A stretch of DNA of 64,000 nucleotides from Octopus vulgaris. Taxonomy: Eukaryota. This document shows positions 12,982 through 24,765 of the stretch, piece by piece; the stretch's first letter is position 1; every line of letters begins with the position of its first letter. The translations under genes and the position numbers were made by a program. The notes under the pieces were generated by a model, which ran no database searches, was not told where the DNA came from, and saw only the letters and a list, made by a program, of their open reading frames with translations. The DNA is taken from contig OX597830.1 in the NCBI GenBank assembly GCA_951406725.2, positions 66,464,001-66,528,000 on the forward strand. The letters are read 5' to 3'.

Positions 12982-13680
12982 AATATATACATATATATAG
13001 TACAGCTTTCACACAGTTTCCATTTACCAGGTTCACTCACAAGGCATTGGTCAGCCCAAGACTGTAGTAGAAGGCACTTACCCAAGGCGCCATGCTGTAG
13101 GACTGAACTTGAATCCATGTGGCTGCAAAGCAAACCACTTAACCACACAGCTATGTCAGTCCCTGTTTTATTTTTGATTCCCCCCCCACCCCACCCCCCA
13201 CAAATATTCTTTTGAATGCTGGAGATTCTCTGCCATTGTTTGTTACATCATGTTGAATATATTTAGCCTTTTTGATCTTATTAAAACTCTAGTCTTATGA
13301 CAGACATAAATGTTTCTTCTGGAAATGTTTTGATTTTTCAACACATCATTTGAAGCTTTCAGTTCACTCATCAAGCTGTTATCAAAGTGCCAAAATCATA
13401 ACACAGCAACAATGGCTGTTCTCAGTCTAGATTGGTTGAATAGGATTTCCTGCTTAGTCTGTATGGAGAATGCTCACGGCCATTGCAATAATAGGAGGTG
13501 AAAGAAACGAAATTACATGCAGGATGGGAGCGGCAGCAGTAAAAGAGCCTCTCACTCAAGATTGCAGCTGGTTTGGTGTCAGTACTTTTTGGCACTGGTG
13601 GCAAACAGACACACACACACACACACACACACATAGAGTGGGAGAGAGATGGTGAAAGAGAGAGAGAGTGGAAGATAGAT

Positions 13681-13716
<36 letters not shown>

Positions 13717-14644
13717 CAATTTATTAATTTTCATATGCTTGCTTTCAAGAATATGCAGAGAGAGAGTGAGAGACAGAGACAGAGAGACAGACAAACAGAC
13801 AGACAGATTGAGAAAGCAGGACACAGAGAGAGATAGAGAGAGAGGGAGAGAATGAGAGAAGCATTAAAAAGAGATATAAAAACATTAAAACATCTAATGT
13901 CAAGTAAGTCAGTGTTCATTCAATGATGCCATAAAGGTGGCGCCAAAATGGCTCTGCTAAAATGTCTCATGCCCTTGCAAAGTCATCATACGATAAGATT
14001 CTGATGCTATATATTGGCAATATGCTGTACTGTGGCACAGAGTTTTCTGAAACCCTTTACTAAATTGAGAAAACATTATGCTTAAAATAAGAATAGAAAC
14101 ATCGTACAAAAAATACCAAAGAACCAAAAAAAAAAAGAAGCCAAAACAAAACAAAAAACAAGCAATTGAAACGAGGAGATTTTTTTTTTACATCCTGTGC
14201 AAGAATAAAAACGCAGATTTAAAATGGCTGAAAATAAAATAAAAATAAGAAATAAAATATGATGTGGGGGGGGGGAGGGAAATAAAACTGAGATAAATGC
14301 AAAAGCTCCTTGTTATTAATAATTTAAAAGTAGTATCAAGAAATATCGAAGGGAAGTGAGTTTGCATAAAACATGTAATAATAAAAGCCATTCTGTATGG
14401 TTATAAGGAAATGAAAATGTTGTTCATTTTTTTTCTGTTTTTTTGGGGTTTTTTTTTCCTTCATATTGTTAAATATCTTTTTTTTTTTATTTTTGTTGAT
14501 AAACGTGAAATATCTCTTCAGAAATATTCATAATCTTTACTGGTGACTGAACACTGAGTGTCTTATCTTAATAGTCACATTATTTTCATCAATAGTGTTT
14601 GCTGATTACACCAAAGTATGTATATATATATCATATATCATATA

Positions 14645-14690
<46 letters not shown>

Positions 14691-14763
14691 TTGTATGTAT
14701 ATATTATATAGATTATATATATATATATATAAAAAATGATGTGTGTGTATATATATAAGTGTG

Positions 14764-14798
<35 letters not shown>

Positions 14799-15003
14799 AT
14801 ATGTATATATATACACACGCACACATACATACATGTTGGAAACATCTCGTTTATACACCTGTACTTGTACCCATATAAATACATATGCAAGAACAGCATG
14901 TGCATGCACAGGTACCCATACAAACACACATTGATGCATACACATATTTACGCATAAACTTGAACGTATGTAAACAGAAAACCCATACGTGTTATTTCCG
15001 ATT

Positions 15004-15370
15004 CATACATACATACATACATACATACATACATACATACATACATACATACATACATACATACATACATACATACATGCATGCATACATACATACATAC
15101 ATACATGCATGCATACATACTTATATACATACAAACATACATACACACATACATACATACATACATACATACATACATACATACATACATGCATACATAC
15201 ATACATACATACATACATACATACATACATACATACATACATACATACATACATGCATGCATACATACATACATACATACATACATACATACATACATAC
15301 ATACATACATACATACATACATACATGCATACATACATACATACATACATACATACATACATACATGCAT

Positions 15371-15405
<35 letters not shown>

Positions 15406-15409
15406 TACA

Positions 15410-15440
<31 letters not shown>
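15004..15440. repeat. (CATA)n microsatellite
   Basis: Long tetranucleotide run within a 14620-15660 TA/CA/CATA field. Confidence 0.95.
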
Positions 15441-15545
15441 GTATGTATGTACATACATCTATGTTTTTATTTGTGTGTGTGTGTGTGTATGAAATGAATG
15501 CATATATGTAAATATATAGATATGTATACATGTGTTGTTTATATG

Positions 15546-15580
<35 letters not shown>

Positions 15581-15664
15581 TATATATTTGTATGTTTATA
15601 TTATATAGATTATATATATTTATCAAATATATGATATGTGTGTATATGTATATATATATGTTTA

Positions 15665-15989
15665 CTTGGCACATAAAAACACCATCCGAGCGTGGCCGTC
15701 TGCCAGCCTCATCTGGCACCGTCTGCCAGCCTCGTCTGGCACCTGTGTCAGTGGCACATAAAAAACACCATCCGAGCGTGGCCGTTTGCCAGCCTTGTCT
15801 GGCACCTGTGTCGGTGGCACATAAAATCACCCACTACACTCTTGGAGTGGTTGGCGTTAGGAAGGGCATCCAGCTGTAGAAACACTGCCAGATCTGACTG
15901 GACTGGTGCAGCTTTCGGGCTCCCCAGACCCCAGTTGAACCGTCCAACCCATGCTAGCATGGAAAGCGGACGTTAAATGATGATGATGA

Positions 15990-15993
<4 letters not shown>
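15665..15993 (+). mobile_element. Repeat family C with internal tandem subrepeats
   Basis: GGCGTTAGGAAGGGCATCCAGC...CCAACCCATGCTAGCATGGAAAGCGGACGTTAAA(TGA)n. Confidence 0.85.
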
Positions 15994-16023
<30 letters not shown>

Positions 16024-16160
16024 CCTTAAATCCTTAAAAATGTTTTAGCCCGAAGGCCGCGGCTCTGCTGGGGCACCACCGCTGAATGAGCTACACTAAT
16101 TTGTGAATCCACCTCTGATACGTGGCACTTGATCAACAAGGGAGTTTGATATATATATAA

Positions 16161-16513
16161 ACAATAGCAGCATGGAAGGTGTTTATAAACCATTTAAGAA
16201 CACACAAAAAAAACGTTAGATTCACTTCAATATTTAAATTTAATTTGTGTCAAAATATTTTTGTCGCTTTGAAACCATGACCTGTTCATTGACAAAACTT
16301 CATGATGCACGAAGTTTTGCCAGTGAACAGGTCGCGGTCTCAAAGCAACAAAAATACTTTGACACAAATTAAATTTAAATGTTGAAGTGAACCTAAGAGT
16401 TTTTTTGTTTGTTCTTAAATGGCTTATAAACACCTTCCATGCTGCTATTGTTTTTGTTTCAGCACTCGATCTCAGACCAAGTCACTTGCTATGCAAGTAC
16501 ATCTCGTAAAATT
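16161..16513. mobile_element. (TA)n-embedded foldback element (~140-bp imperfect arms); each arm carries a G3-C8-type hammerhead-like motif
   Basis: Arms 16161-16300 and 16312-16451. Plus-arm motif TGCCA-GTGAACA-G-GTCGC...GCAAC-AAAAATACTT-TGACA. Homolog at 60884-61120. Confidence 0.7.
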
Positions 16514-16516
16514 TAT

Positions 16517-16574
<58 letters not shown>

Positions 16575-16863
16575 TCATATATATGTATATGTGTATATTT
16601 ATATACATATATGTATATATGTGTGTGTGTGTGTATATATATATGTGTGTGTGTGTGTATATATATATGTGTGTGTGTGTATGTATATATATATATATAT
16701 GTATATGTATATATACATATATGTATATGCATATATATATATCTTTATATATATATATACACACACACGTATGTTTCCACGCAAATATACAAGCCATATG
16801 CATACATGCATACATATGTGTGTGTGTGTTTCCTGTGTGAATACATACATATGTATATACACT

Positions 16864-16899
<36 letters not shown>

Positions 16900-17714
16900 T
16901 ATGTATATATGTAAACAAACAAACAAAGAAGATATACACATTCAAACAAATATATCAACACATGGTAAACAGATGTTAAAATAATGGCCTGCTTCCTCTG
17001 GGTTTGTTGACCACTATCTCTCTAACAACTCTCTCTCTCTCTTTTTCTCTGTCTCTCTTTCTCTTGCACCCTCTCCCTCTCTCTCTCTTTTGTGCTCTCT
17101 CTCTCTCTCTCTCTCAGTGTCTCCTCAACCTACACCTTCACATCACATCCTAGCTGTTACACTTACGATGATGGAATCGTTGGATATTGGGTGGGAGGCG
17201 GGCTGAAGGAAGTGGGGTAGAAACTCTGTTACCTATAGAAAGAGCTGTTGAAAGGTACCCCCTAAACCAATACCCACAAGTGCAGTGATATTCATAAGCC
17301 AGACATTGGCAAACAACACATCCAAGCTCTTTTCTTGAAGTTTAATTTTTTTTGTTTTTGGATATCCCTGGCTGTGTGGTAAAGAAGCTTGCTTCCCAAC
17401 CACATAGTTTTGGGTTCAGTCCCACTGCATGGCATCTTGTGCAAGTGTTCTTCACTTTAGTCTTGGGCCAACCAAAGCCTTGTGAGTGATTTTCATAGAT
17501 GGAAACTGAAAGAAGCCTGTTATATATTTTATTTTATTTATTATATTTCATCTAGTTTCAGCTCACGAGCTGTGGCCATACTGGGGCACCGCCATTTGTT
17601 GTTGCTACATAATTTTACTTCATGAATGCTTTTTAGCAATTGACATTTGGTGCATGAGAGAGTTTGATGCAGCTGCCCTCATCTGCACCTCCTGCCGCAA
17701 AGTTGGTGCAGTCT

Positions 17715-18152
17715 TTTGTTGTATTACTGTTTGTATTGTGTGTTGTGTGTGTAATGCAAGTTGTGTTCTTCTGTTGGTTTAACGGACTGCTGGTAGTTGT
17801 TTATTTTATTGTATATTTGGTACATAGAGTGTATCTTGTGTTTGTGGACTGTTTTGTATTATTGAACTGGTAGTGTTTTATGTAGGATGTTGGCTGTTCC
17901 TAGCAGGGCTATTTTTTGGATTGTATTTTGTGTTGGGGGTGGGGGGTGGGGGCAGTTATAGCTTCTAAGTTTTTGTTCATAATGGTTTTGTTTTTAATCA
18001 TGATCAGTGCTTCAGTTATTACTGGTGGTGTTTTCATCTTGATGCCCTACATCTTGAATACTTCAATTTTGAGGTCATTGTCCTTCGACAATTTTACTTC
18101 TTTTGGGCAATATATTGGTCAGAAGGGACTGCAATGTCTATTAGTAGGCAGA
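17715..18152 (-). mobile_element. R4/Dong-clade non-LTR retrotransposon fragment (restriction-like endonuclease C-terminus and 3' UTR)
   Basis: Decayed translation CLLIDIAVPSDQ...DLKIEVFKM...IQKIALLGTANILHKTL; abuts (ATT)n; homologous to 41595-42450. Confidence 0.75.
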
Positions 18153-18444
18153 AATTATTATTATCATTATTATTATTATTATTATTAAGGCGATGAGCAG
18201 GCAGAATTGTTATCATGCCAGGCAAAATACTTAGCGGCATTTCGTCCATCTCCAGGTTCTGGGTCCAAATTCAGCTGAGGATGAGTTTGCCTTTCATCGT
18301 TTTTGGGTTGATTAAACAAGTACCAGTGGAACATTGGGGTTGATGTAATTGACTTATTCCCTTCACAGAATTGCTGACCTTGTGCCAAAATTTGAAACCA
18401 TTATTATCATCATCATCATCATCATCATCATTATAGACGTCACA

Positions 18445-18795
18445 TCATCATCATCATCATCGTTTAACGTCCATTCTCCATGCTAGCATGGGTTGGACGG
18501 TTTGACCGGGGATCTGGGAAGCCAGAAGGCTGCACCAGGCTCCGGTCTTATCTGGCAATGTTTCTACAGCTGGATGCCCTTCCTAACGCCAACCACTCGA
18601 TGAGTGTAGTGGGTGCTTTTTACATGCCACCTGCACTGGTGCCAGGCGAGGCTGGCATCGGCCACGGTCGGATTGGTGCATTTTACGTGCCACCTGCACG
18701 GAAGCCAGTCAAGGCGGCACTGGCTTTGGCCATGATTCGGATGGTGCTTTTTACGTGCCACCGACACGGAAGCCAGTCGAGGCGGTGCTGGCATC
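18445..18795 (-). mobile_element. Repeat family C
   Basis: (CAT)n CGTTTAACGTCCATTCTCCATGCTAGCATGGG... Confidence 0.85.
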
Positions 18796-18799
18796 CAAT

Positions 18800-19025
18800 A
18801 TCATGAGGTTATTGATTGAAGATATTGTGTCTACCAGGGGTTTGTATTGTTTGTCAAATCACAACAAGGACCTCAGACAGACAGTACTTTATGTAATATG
18901 CTTGCAGTTCCAAGTAATGCTGACTTTTGCAATACATCTAGATTGTAGGGTATCTCTAAGGTTTTCAGATTTTTTTTTTCACATTGGGGAATATTGAGCC
19001 CAATGCTCCAATGATCCGATGACAA
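18800..19025 (-). mobile_element. R4/Dong-like LINE terminal fragment (second subfamily)
   Basis: Minus-strand translation IGALGS...LDVLQKSALLGTASILHKVLSV*; adjacent to (ATT)n. Confidence 0.65.
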
Positions 19026-19587
19026 TATTATTATTATTGTTATTGTTATTATTGTTGCTGAGTATCAGCAGTCATATTTATGATGCACTTTTAAAAGATG
19101 GAGGTTAAATTTTTTTTGTTTTGGAAAACTGAAATAATGTGAAACTGAATTTTTTTTTTTTATTATTTGTATTTTGAATCTACTTCATACTTATTTACAT
19201 TATTTTCTTTGCAAATTGCTTTTTTTTCGAAATAGATTTAAGGGTAATGTTTCTCATTGATCATATCTAGAGTAGAATTCAATCGATTCTGTATACGTTT
19301 GTGTATGTATGTGGGTGTATGTATTTATGTTTGTGTTTACGTATGTATGTGTGCGTAAGAATATATGTATGTCTGCGTGTATTTAGGGGTGTAAGTATGT
19401 GTGTCTGCATGTATGCTGTGTGTGTGTGTATGAATGTACATGTATTTGTGTGTATACATATGAATGTATGCATATATGTATGTATGTGTGTATGTATGCA
19501 TGCGTGTGTATACGTATGTATGTGTGTGTCTATGTGTGTGTACATATATGTGTTGCTTCTACATTCACATGTGTCAGTATATATGTA

Positions 19588-19685
<98 letters not shown>

Positions 19686-19967
19686 CATACATATATATAC
19701 ATATATATATATCACACACACACACATTCTTATACAGGGTCATCCCATAAATAATGCGGTTTTTTATACTTTTATTTTTCAAGATTAAGATAAACAAAGT
19801 TCATTTTCAATCTAAAATATACTCTCCTTCATTTTCTACAATGCTCTTCCATCTATTTGGTAGACCTTCAAGGTTTCTATTCCAAAATTCACTTGTCTGT
19901 AATGAAAACTACTCCTCCAGTACTGATCTGACCTCATCTACAGAATTCATATTTTTTTCGTCCAAAT

Positions 19968-20432
19968 GGCGCAGGAGTGGCTGTGTGGTAAGTAGCTTGC
20001 TTACCTACCACATGGTTCCGGGTTCAGTCCCACTGCGTGGAACCTTGGGCAAGTGTCTTCTACTATAGCCTCCGACCAAAGCCTTGTGAGTGGATTTGGT
20101 AGACGGAAACTGAAAGAAGCCCGTCATATACATGTATATATATGATTTGATTTTTGATTTTGATTTTTCCAGTTTCAGCTAATGAGCTGTGGCCATTTGT
20201 GTGTGTGTGTGTGTGTTTGTGTGTTTGTGTGTCTGTTTGTTCCCCCAACATCGCTTGACAACCGATGCTGGTGTGTTTACGTCCCCGTAACTTAGCGGTT
20301 CGGCAAAAGAGACCGATAGAATAAGTACTAGGCTTACAAAGAATAAGTGCTGGGGTCGATTTGCTCGACTAAAGGCGGTGCTCCAGCATGGTCGCAGTCA
20401 AATGACTGAAACAAGTAAAAGAGTAAAGAGTA
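19968..20432 (+). mobile_element. SINE family A with a ~50-bp retroelement-tail insertion in its microsatellite
   Basis: Full element; extra segment 20145-20197. Confidence 0.9.
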
Positions 20433-20569
20433 AATGATTTTGAAGACTGTAGAATAAATGATAATCAGATGGGGCAATGTCTGGCGAATATGGTTAGTGG
20501 GGCATCATTTCCCATTCAAACTGCTCCAGCCTTTGGAATATATGTATACACATACATGCATATATATAT

Positions 20570-20882
20570 CACCATCACCGTCACCGTGACCGACCAGGCT
20601 ATCAGATGTTGCTACACATCGCTGGTCACAATGCGCTTCTCATTGTTTTAGCCTTCAAATGACACCACCCCACTGGCTAAGCGGGCAGGCCAACAGAAGA
20701 AAGAGTGAGAGAAAGTTGTGGCGGAAGAGTACAGCAGGGATCGCCACCATCCCCTGCTGGAGCCTTGTGGAGCTTTAGGTGTTTTCGCTCAATAAACACT
20801 CACAACGCCCGGTCTGGGAATCGAAACCGTGATCCTACGACTGCAAGTCCGCTGTCCTAACCACTGGGCCATTGCACCACCA
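20570..20882 (-). mobile_element. tRNA-Arg-like SINE, family D, short-tail type
   Basis: Same head as 20885-21279 but a different 3' half ending in (GGTGA)-type repeats. Possibly the octopus OR1/OR2 pair (assignment unverified). Confidence 0.8.
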
Positions 20883-20884
20883 CG

Positions 20885-21279
20885 CATGGATGGAAGCACT
20901 CCGTCGGTTACAAGGACGAGGGTTCTGGTTGATCCGAATCAACGGAACAGCCTGCTCGTGAAATTAACGTATAAGTGGCTGAGCACTCCAGAGACACGTG
21001 TGCCCTTAACGTAGTTCTCGGAGATATTCAGCATGACACAGAGAGTGACAAGGCCAGCCCCTTTGAAATACAGGCACAACAGAAACAGGAAGTAAGAGTG
21101 AGAGAAAGTTGTGGCGAAAGCGTACAGCAGGGATCGCCACCCCTGCCCCTGCCGGAGCCTCGTGGAGCTGTAGGTGTTTTCGCTCAATAAACACTCACAA
21201 CGCCCGCTCCGGGAATCAAAACCGCGATCCTATGACCGCGAGTCCGCTGCCCTAACCACTGGGCCATTGCACCTCCACG
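20885..21279 (-). mobile_element. tRNA-Arg-like SINE, family D, long-tail type
   Basis: Head GCAATGGCCCAGTGGTTAGGGCAGCGGACTCGCGGTC (TCG at the anticodon position) and B-box-like GGTTT(C/T)GATTCCC; homologous to 25171-25564 and 50353-50732. Confidence 0.85.
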
Positions 21280-21511
21280 CATATATATATATAGTCATAA
21301 ATGACAGAGAAATAGTTTGATGAAATTTTATCTAACAAGAAAATTCACCAAAGTATTTCTCTCTCATGTATGACTTTATATACTCCTTATCGTTTTCTAC
21401 TGTACCATACTATGTACCCCACATGTTTTGTAGAGTGATACATTAAGGGGCATTTTTTTATGAGTACTATTGGATTACTTGAATCCCTATATTGTGACTT
21501 AAATCTATCTC

Positions 21512-21614
<103 letters not shown>

Positions 21615-21677
21615 GGCAGTGCTCCAGCATGGCTGCAGTAAAATGACTGAAACAAGTAAGAGAATAAAAAGACAAAA

Positions 21678-21718
<41 letters not shown>

Positions 21719-21719
21719 T

Positions 21720-21819
21720 CTTGGCACCTTGGGCAAGTATCTTCTACTATAGCCTCGGGCCGACTAAAGCCTTGTGAGTGGATTTGGTAGATGGAAACTG
21801 AAAGAAGCCTCTTGTATAA

Positions 21820-21903
<84 letters not shown>

Positions 21904-22125
21904 TGTGTGTGTCTGTGTTTTTCACCCCAACATCGCTTGATAACCGATGCTGGTGTGTTTACATCGCCGTAACATAGCGGTTCGGCAAAAGAGACCAATA
22001 GAATAAGTACTAGGCTTACAAAGAATAAGTCCTGGGGTTGATGTGCTCGACTAAAGGCGGTGCTCCAGCATGGCCGCAGTCAAATGACTGAAACAAGTAA
22101 AAGAGTAAAAGAGAGAGTAAAGAGT
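21720..22125 (+). mobile_element. SINE family A, 5'-truncated
   Basis: Begins at GGCACCTTGGGCAAG; intact tail. Confidence 0.85.
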
Positions 22126-22917
22126 ATATATATATATAGGGCTTCCACACAGTTTTCGTCTATAAAATTCATTCACTAGACACTGGTTGGCCTGGGGCTA
22201 TTGTAGAAGATACTTACCCTCAGTGCTGTGCAGTGGAACTGAACTTGAAACCGTGCAGTTGTTAAGTGAACCTCTTAACCCCCACACCCATTTCCGAAAA
22301 GTTTTCCTTCTCGCAATGCTCGAATATTCTTGTTTTGTTTTCTCTTTCTTTTTCTTTTTTTTTCTTGTTTGCTTGTGTTTTTGTTCTAATCACCTCTGAC
22401 CTTAACCCTCCTTTTCTTTGTTCCTTCCCAAGATAGTCCGTCAACGCAGCATTAATTGCGTGGAAATTTCCAACTGTTAGAAATTTTTTTGAATTTCCAG
22501 TTATTAGATATTTCCAATTGTTAGAGGTGTTTTGGAACTCAATGGAGCAGACTTCCTTTTGTGTCCAGTCAAGTATCTCAACTATTGTCGTTACCAGTAC
22601 TGCTGTTGCAAGTATATTATTATAGACCTCTCATTTGTTAGGAGAAGAGGACAGCGCCCACACGACTATACTTTTCTAAACTTAGAGCTCTATTCTTTAG
22701 TCTTTCTCTCTTTGTTCGCAGTGTTATTGTTTGATATATTTCTAGTGATATGAAAATACTTGTATTTATTGCTTAGAACTGGAAAACAAGAATCAGAAAG
22801 ATGCAGTTATTCTGGCTGTATTCCACAGTGAAATCACAAGAAGATATGAAGCATAGGAAATAATATATTTTTATACATGATCTTTTCTCTATGTCTCTCT
22901 CTCTCTCTCCTCCTCTT

Positions 22918-22961
<44 letters not shown>

Positions 22962-23289
22962 TATCTATCTATCTATCTATTCTTTAAATTTCCCAAATAA
23001 AGGAAGATACCGATTCCAATTAAGAAACAAAGTTTCCGCAATGGACATTTAGTCAACTGCACCCACATAGAATCATATGCTGAACTTTTGCAGAGTTATC
23101 CAACCACATAAGTTATTAGTTGTCAGGACCCAGCATCCTTCAAAAATTTCATGCATCCCAAAATTTGTTAGGACTCTGCCTCCTGACTTGGCCTATACAT
23201 GCATTCCTCTTTATGGCTCTTTCATTGTTCACTATTCTGCTCTTTTTGTATTGTACCATGTATGCCATTTGGCTTTCATTGCTGTCTTT

Positions 23290-23355
23290 GTAAAAGAGGG
23301 AACAGAAAGTAGTATTATGTCAGGACATAATACTACTTTCTGTTCCCTCTTTTAC
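23290..23355. repeat. Perfect 32-bp-arm hairpin
   Basis: GTAAAAGAGGGAACAGAAAGTAGTATTATGTC-AG-GACATAATACTACTTTCTGTTCCCTCTTTTAC. Confidence 0.9.
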
Positions 23356-23503
23356 TCTTTTCCAGTGGGTTACTTAGCGGTTCGGCAAAAGAGACCGATA
23401 GAATAAGTACTGGGCTTACAAAGAATAAGTCCCGGGGTCGATTTGCTCGACTAAAGGTGGTGCTCCAGCATGGCCGCAGTCAAATGACTGAAACAGAAGA
23501 GTA

Positions 23504-23548
<45 letters not shown>

Positions 23549-23552
23549 TTTA

Positions 23553-23772
23553 AAAGCAGCAGAAAATTCAACAAAACCTGTTACTCTGAGTTTCCCGTTG
23601 CCGTTCATCGGACAGTTTTTTCTAGAAAAACTGTCCGATGAACGGCAACGGGAAACTCAGAGTAACAGGTTTTGTTGAATTTTCTGCTGCTTTAAATAAA
23701 GCATATGACTCTACCACTGGTATTTGAGTACTCTTTTTTCCACCTTGTTTCACATTTATGTGTTTACTCCGG
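23553..23772 (+). mobile_element. (TA)n-embedded element with a near-perfect ~70-bp-arm palindrome (23553-23693)
   Basis: Palindrome centred on TCTAGA, followed by AATAAA and a unique tail; TA tracts on both sides. Confidence 0.8.
23631..23668 (+). ncRNA. Type I hammerhead motif, U4C core (mirror copy at 23578-23615 on the minus strand)
   Basis: CTGT-CCGATGA-A-CG(GCAA)CG-G-GAA-ACTCAGAGT-A-ACAG: stem I CTGT/ACAG, GNRA-capped stem II, quasi-palindromic stem III, GUA site. Confidence 0.65.
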
Positions 23773-23788
23773 TATATATATATATATA

Positions 23789-24140
23789 CCACAGGAGTAG
23801 CTTACTTACCAACCACATGGTTCCAGGTTCAGTCCCACTGCGTGGTGCTTTGAGCAAGTGTCTTCTACTATAGCCTCAGACTGACCAAAGCCTTGTGAGT
23901 GGATTTGGTAGATGGAAGCTGAAAGAAGCCCATCGTGTTTGCCTCCCCCCCACCCAACATCGCTTGACAACCGATGCTGGTGTGTCTACATCCCCGTAAC
24001 TTAGTGGTTCGGCAAAAGAGACTGATAGAATAAGTACTAGGCTTACAAAGAATAAGTCCTGGGGTCGATTTGCTCGACTAAAAGGTGGTGCTTCAGCATG
24101 GCCATAGTCAAATGACTGAAACAAGTAAAAGAATAAAAGA
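23789..24140 (+). mobile_element. SINE family A lacking the internal microsatellite; second head fragment follows at 24144-24297
   Basis: Homology to 348-747. Confidence 0.85.
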
Positions 24141-24385
24141 ATATGGCTGTGTGATAAGATGTTTGCTTTCCAACCACATGGTCCTGGGTTCAGTTCCACT
24201 GTGCAGCTCCTTCAGCAAGTGTCTTCTACTTTAGCGTTGGGCCAACCAAAGTCTTGTGAGTGGATTTTGTCAATGAAAATTGAAAGAAGCCTGACGTGTA
24301 TATATATATAAAATGTGACCGCATGTGTACCGTTGGCGATTTTTTTTCCTCTGTCTTCCCTTCTCTGGATCTTTCCTTCTCCTAT

Positions 24386-24420
24386 GTTTCCGATGAAGAG
24401 CTCCACTCGAAACGTTAAAC
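24386..24420 (+). ncRNA. Minimal type I hammerhead motif, U4C core, in (TA)n-embedded element 24312-24518
   Basis: GTTT-CCGATGA-A-GAG(CTCCA)CTC-GAA-ACGT-T-AAAC. Confidence 0.65.
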
Positions 24421-24514
24421 CTTCTTTCTTTCCTTCTTTCCTGAGCGTCCAATAATACTATATTTGTTCCACGTCCTTGCGTTGTTGTGTTTTTTTGTGC
24501 TTTCTTGTTTGGAT

Positions 24515-24559
<45 letters not shown>

Positions 24560-24569
24560 AAATAAAATA

Positions 24570-24745
24570 ATATAAATTAATTAATTTTATGTATTGGCTT
24601 ATGTTTTTCATTGTTTGATTTGCCTAATAGTGGTTTTATCTCTAATTTAATATAATATAATATAATATATTTATACTATAAAATTGGATTTAATCCTAAA
24701 TCTGATTTTTCCCTGTAAGTTTGGATTTATTCCCTAATATTTTAT
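24570..24745. mobile_element. AT-rich (TA)n-embedded repeat of unknown class
   Basis: Reverse-complement homolog at 52253-52442; a similar terminus TATTAGGGAATAA occurs at ~12514. Confidence 0.6.
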
Positions 24746-24765
24746 TATATATATATATATATATA

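Noticed and set aside
14606-16979. Long ORFs (up to 208 aa) rich in HTYI/YVCM/IYIY
   Set aside because: They are translations of stop-free CATA, TA and CA microsatellites, not genes. The same applies to the ORFs at 36230-36841, 42807-43203, 58483-59899 and 62552-63136.
17550-18152. Idea that SINE A is mobilised by the adjacent R4/Dong element
   Set aside because: The second Dong copy (41595-42450) diverges from this one before the shared tail, so 17550-17710 is more likely a separate insertion.
18480-18806. Recurrent [26 protein letters not shown] in several places
   Set aside because: Antisense reading of repeat family C; the recurrence reflects repeat copy number, not a gene family.
21293-21355. 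TTGATGA...GAAAATTC motif shared with ~26485-26540 (-)
   Set aside because: The repeat family is real, but stems I and II do not pair convincingly, so it is not called a ribozyme.
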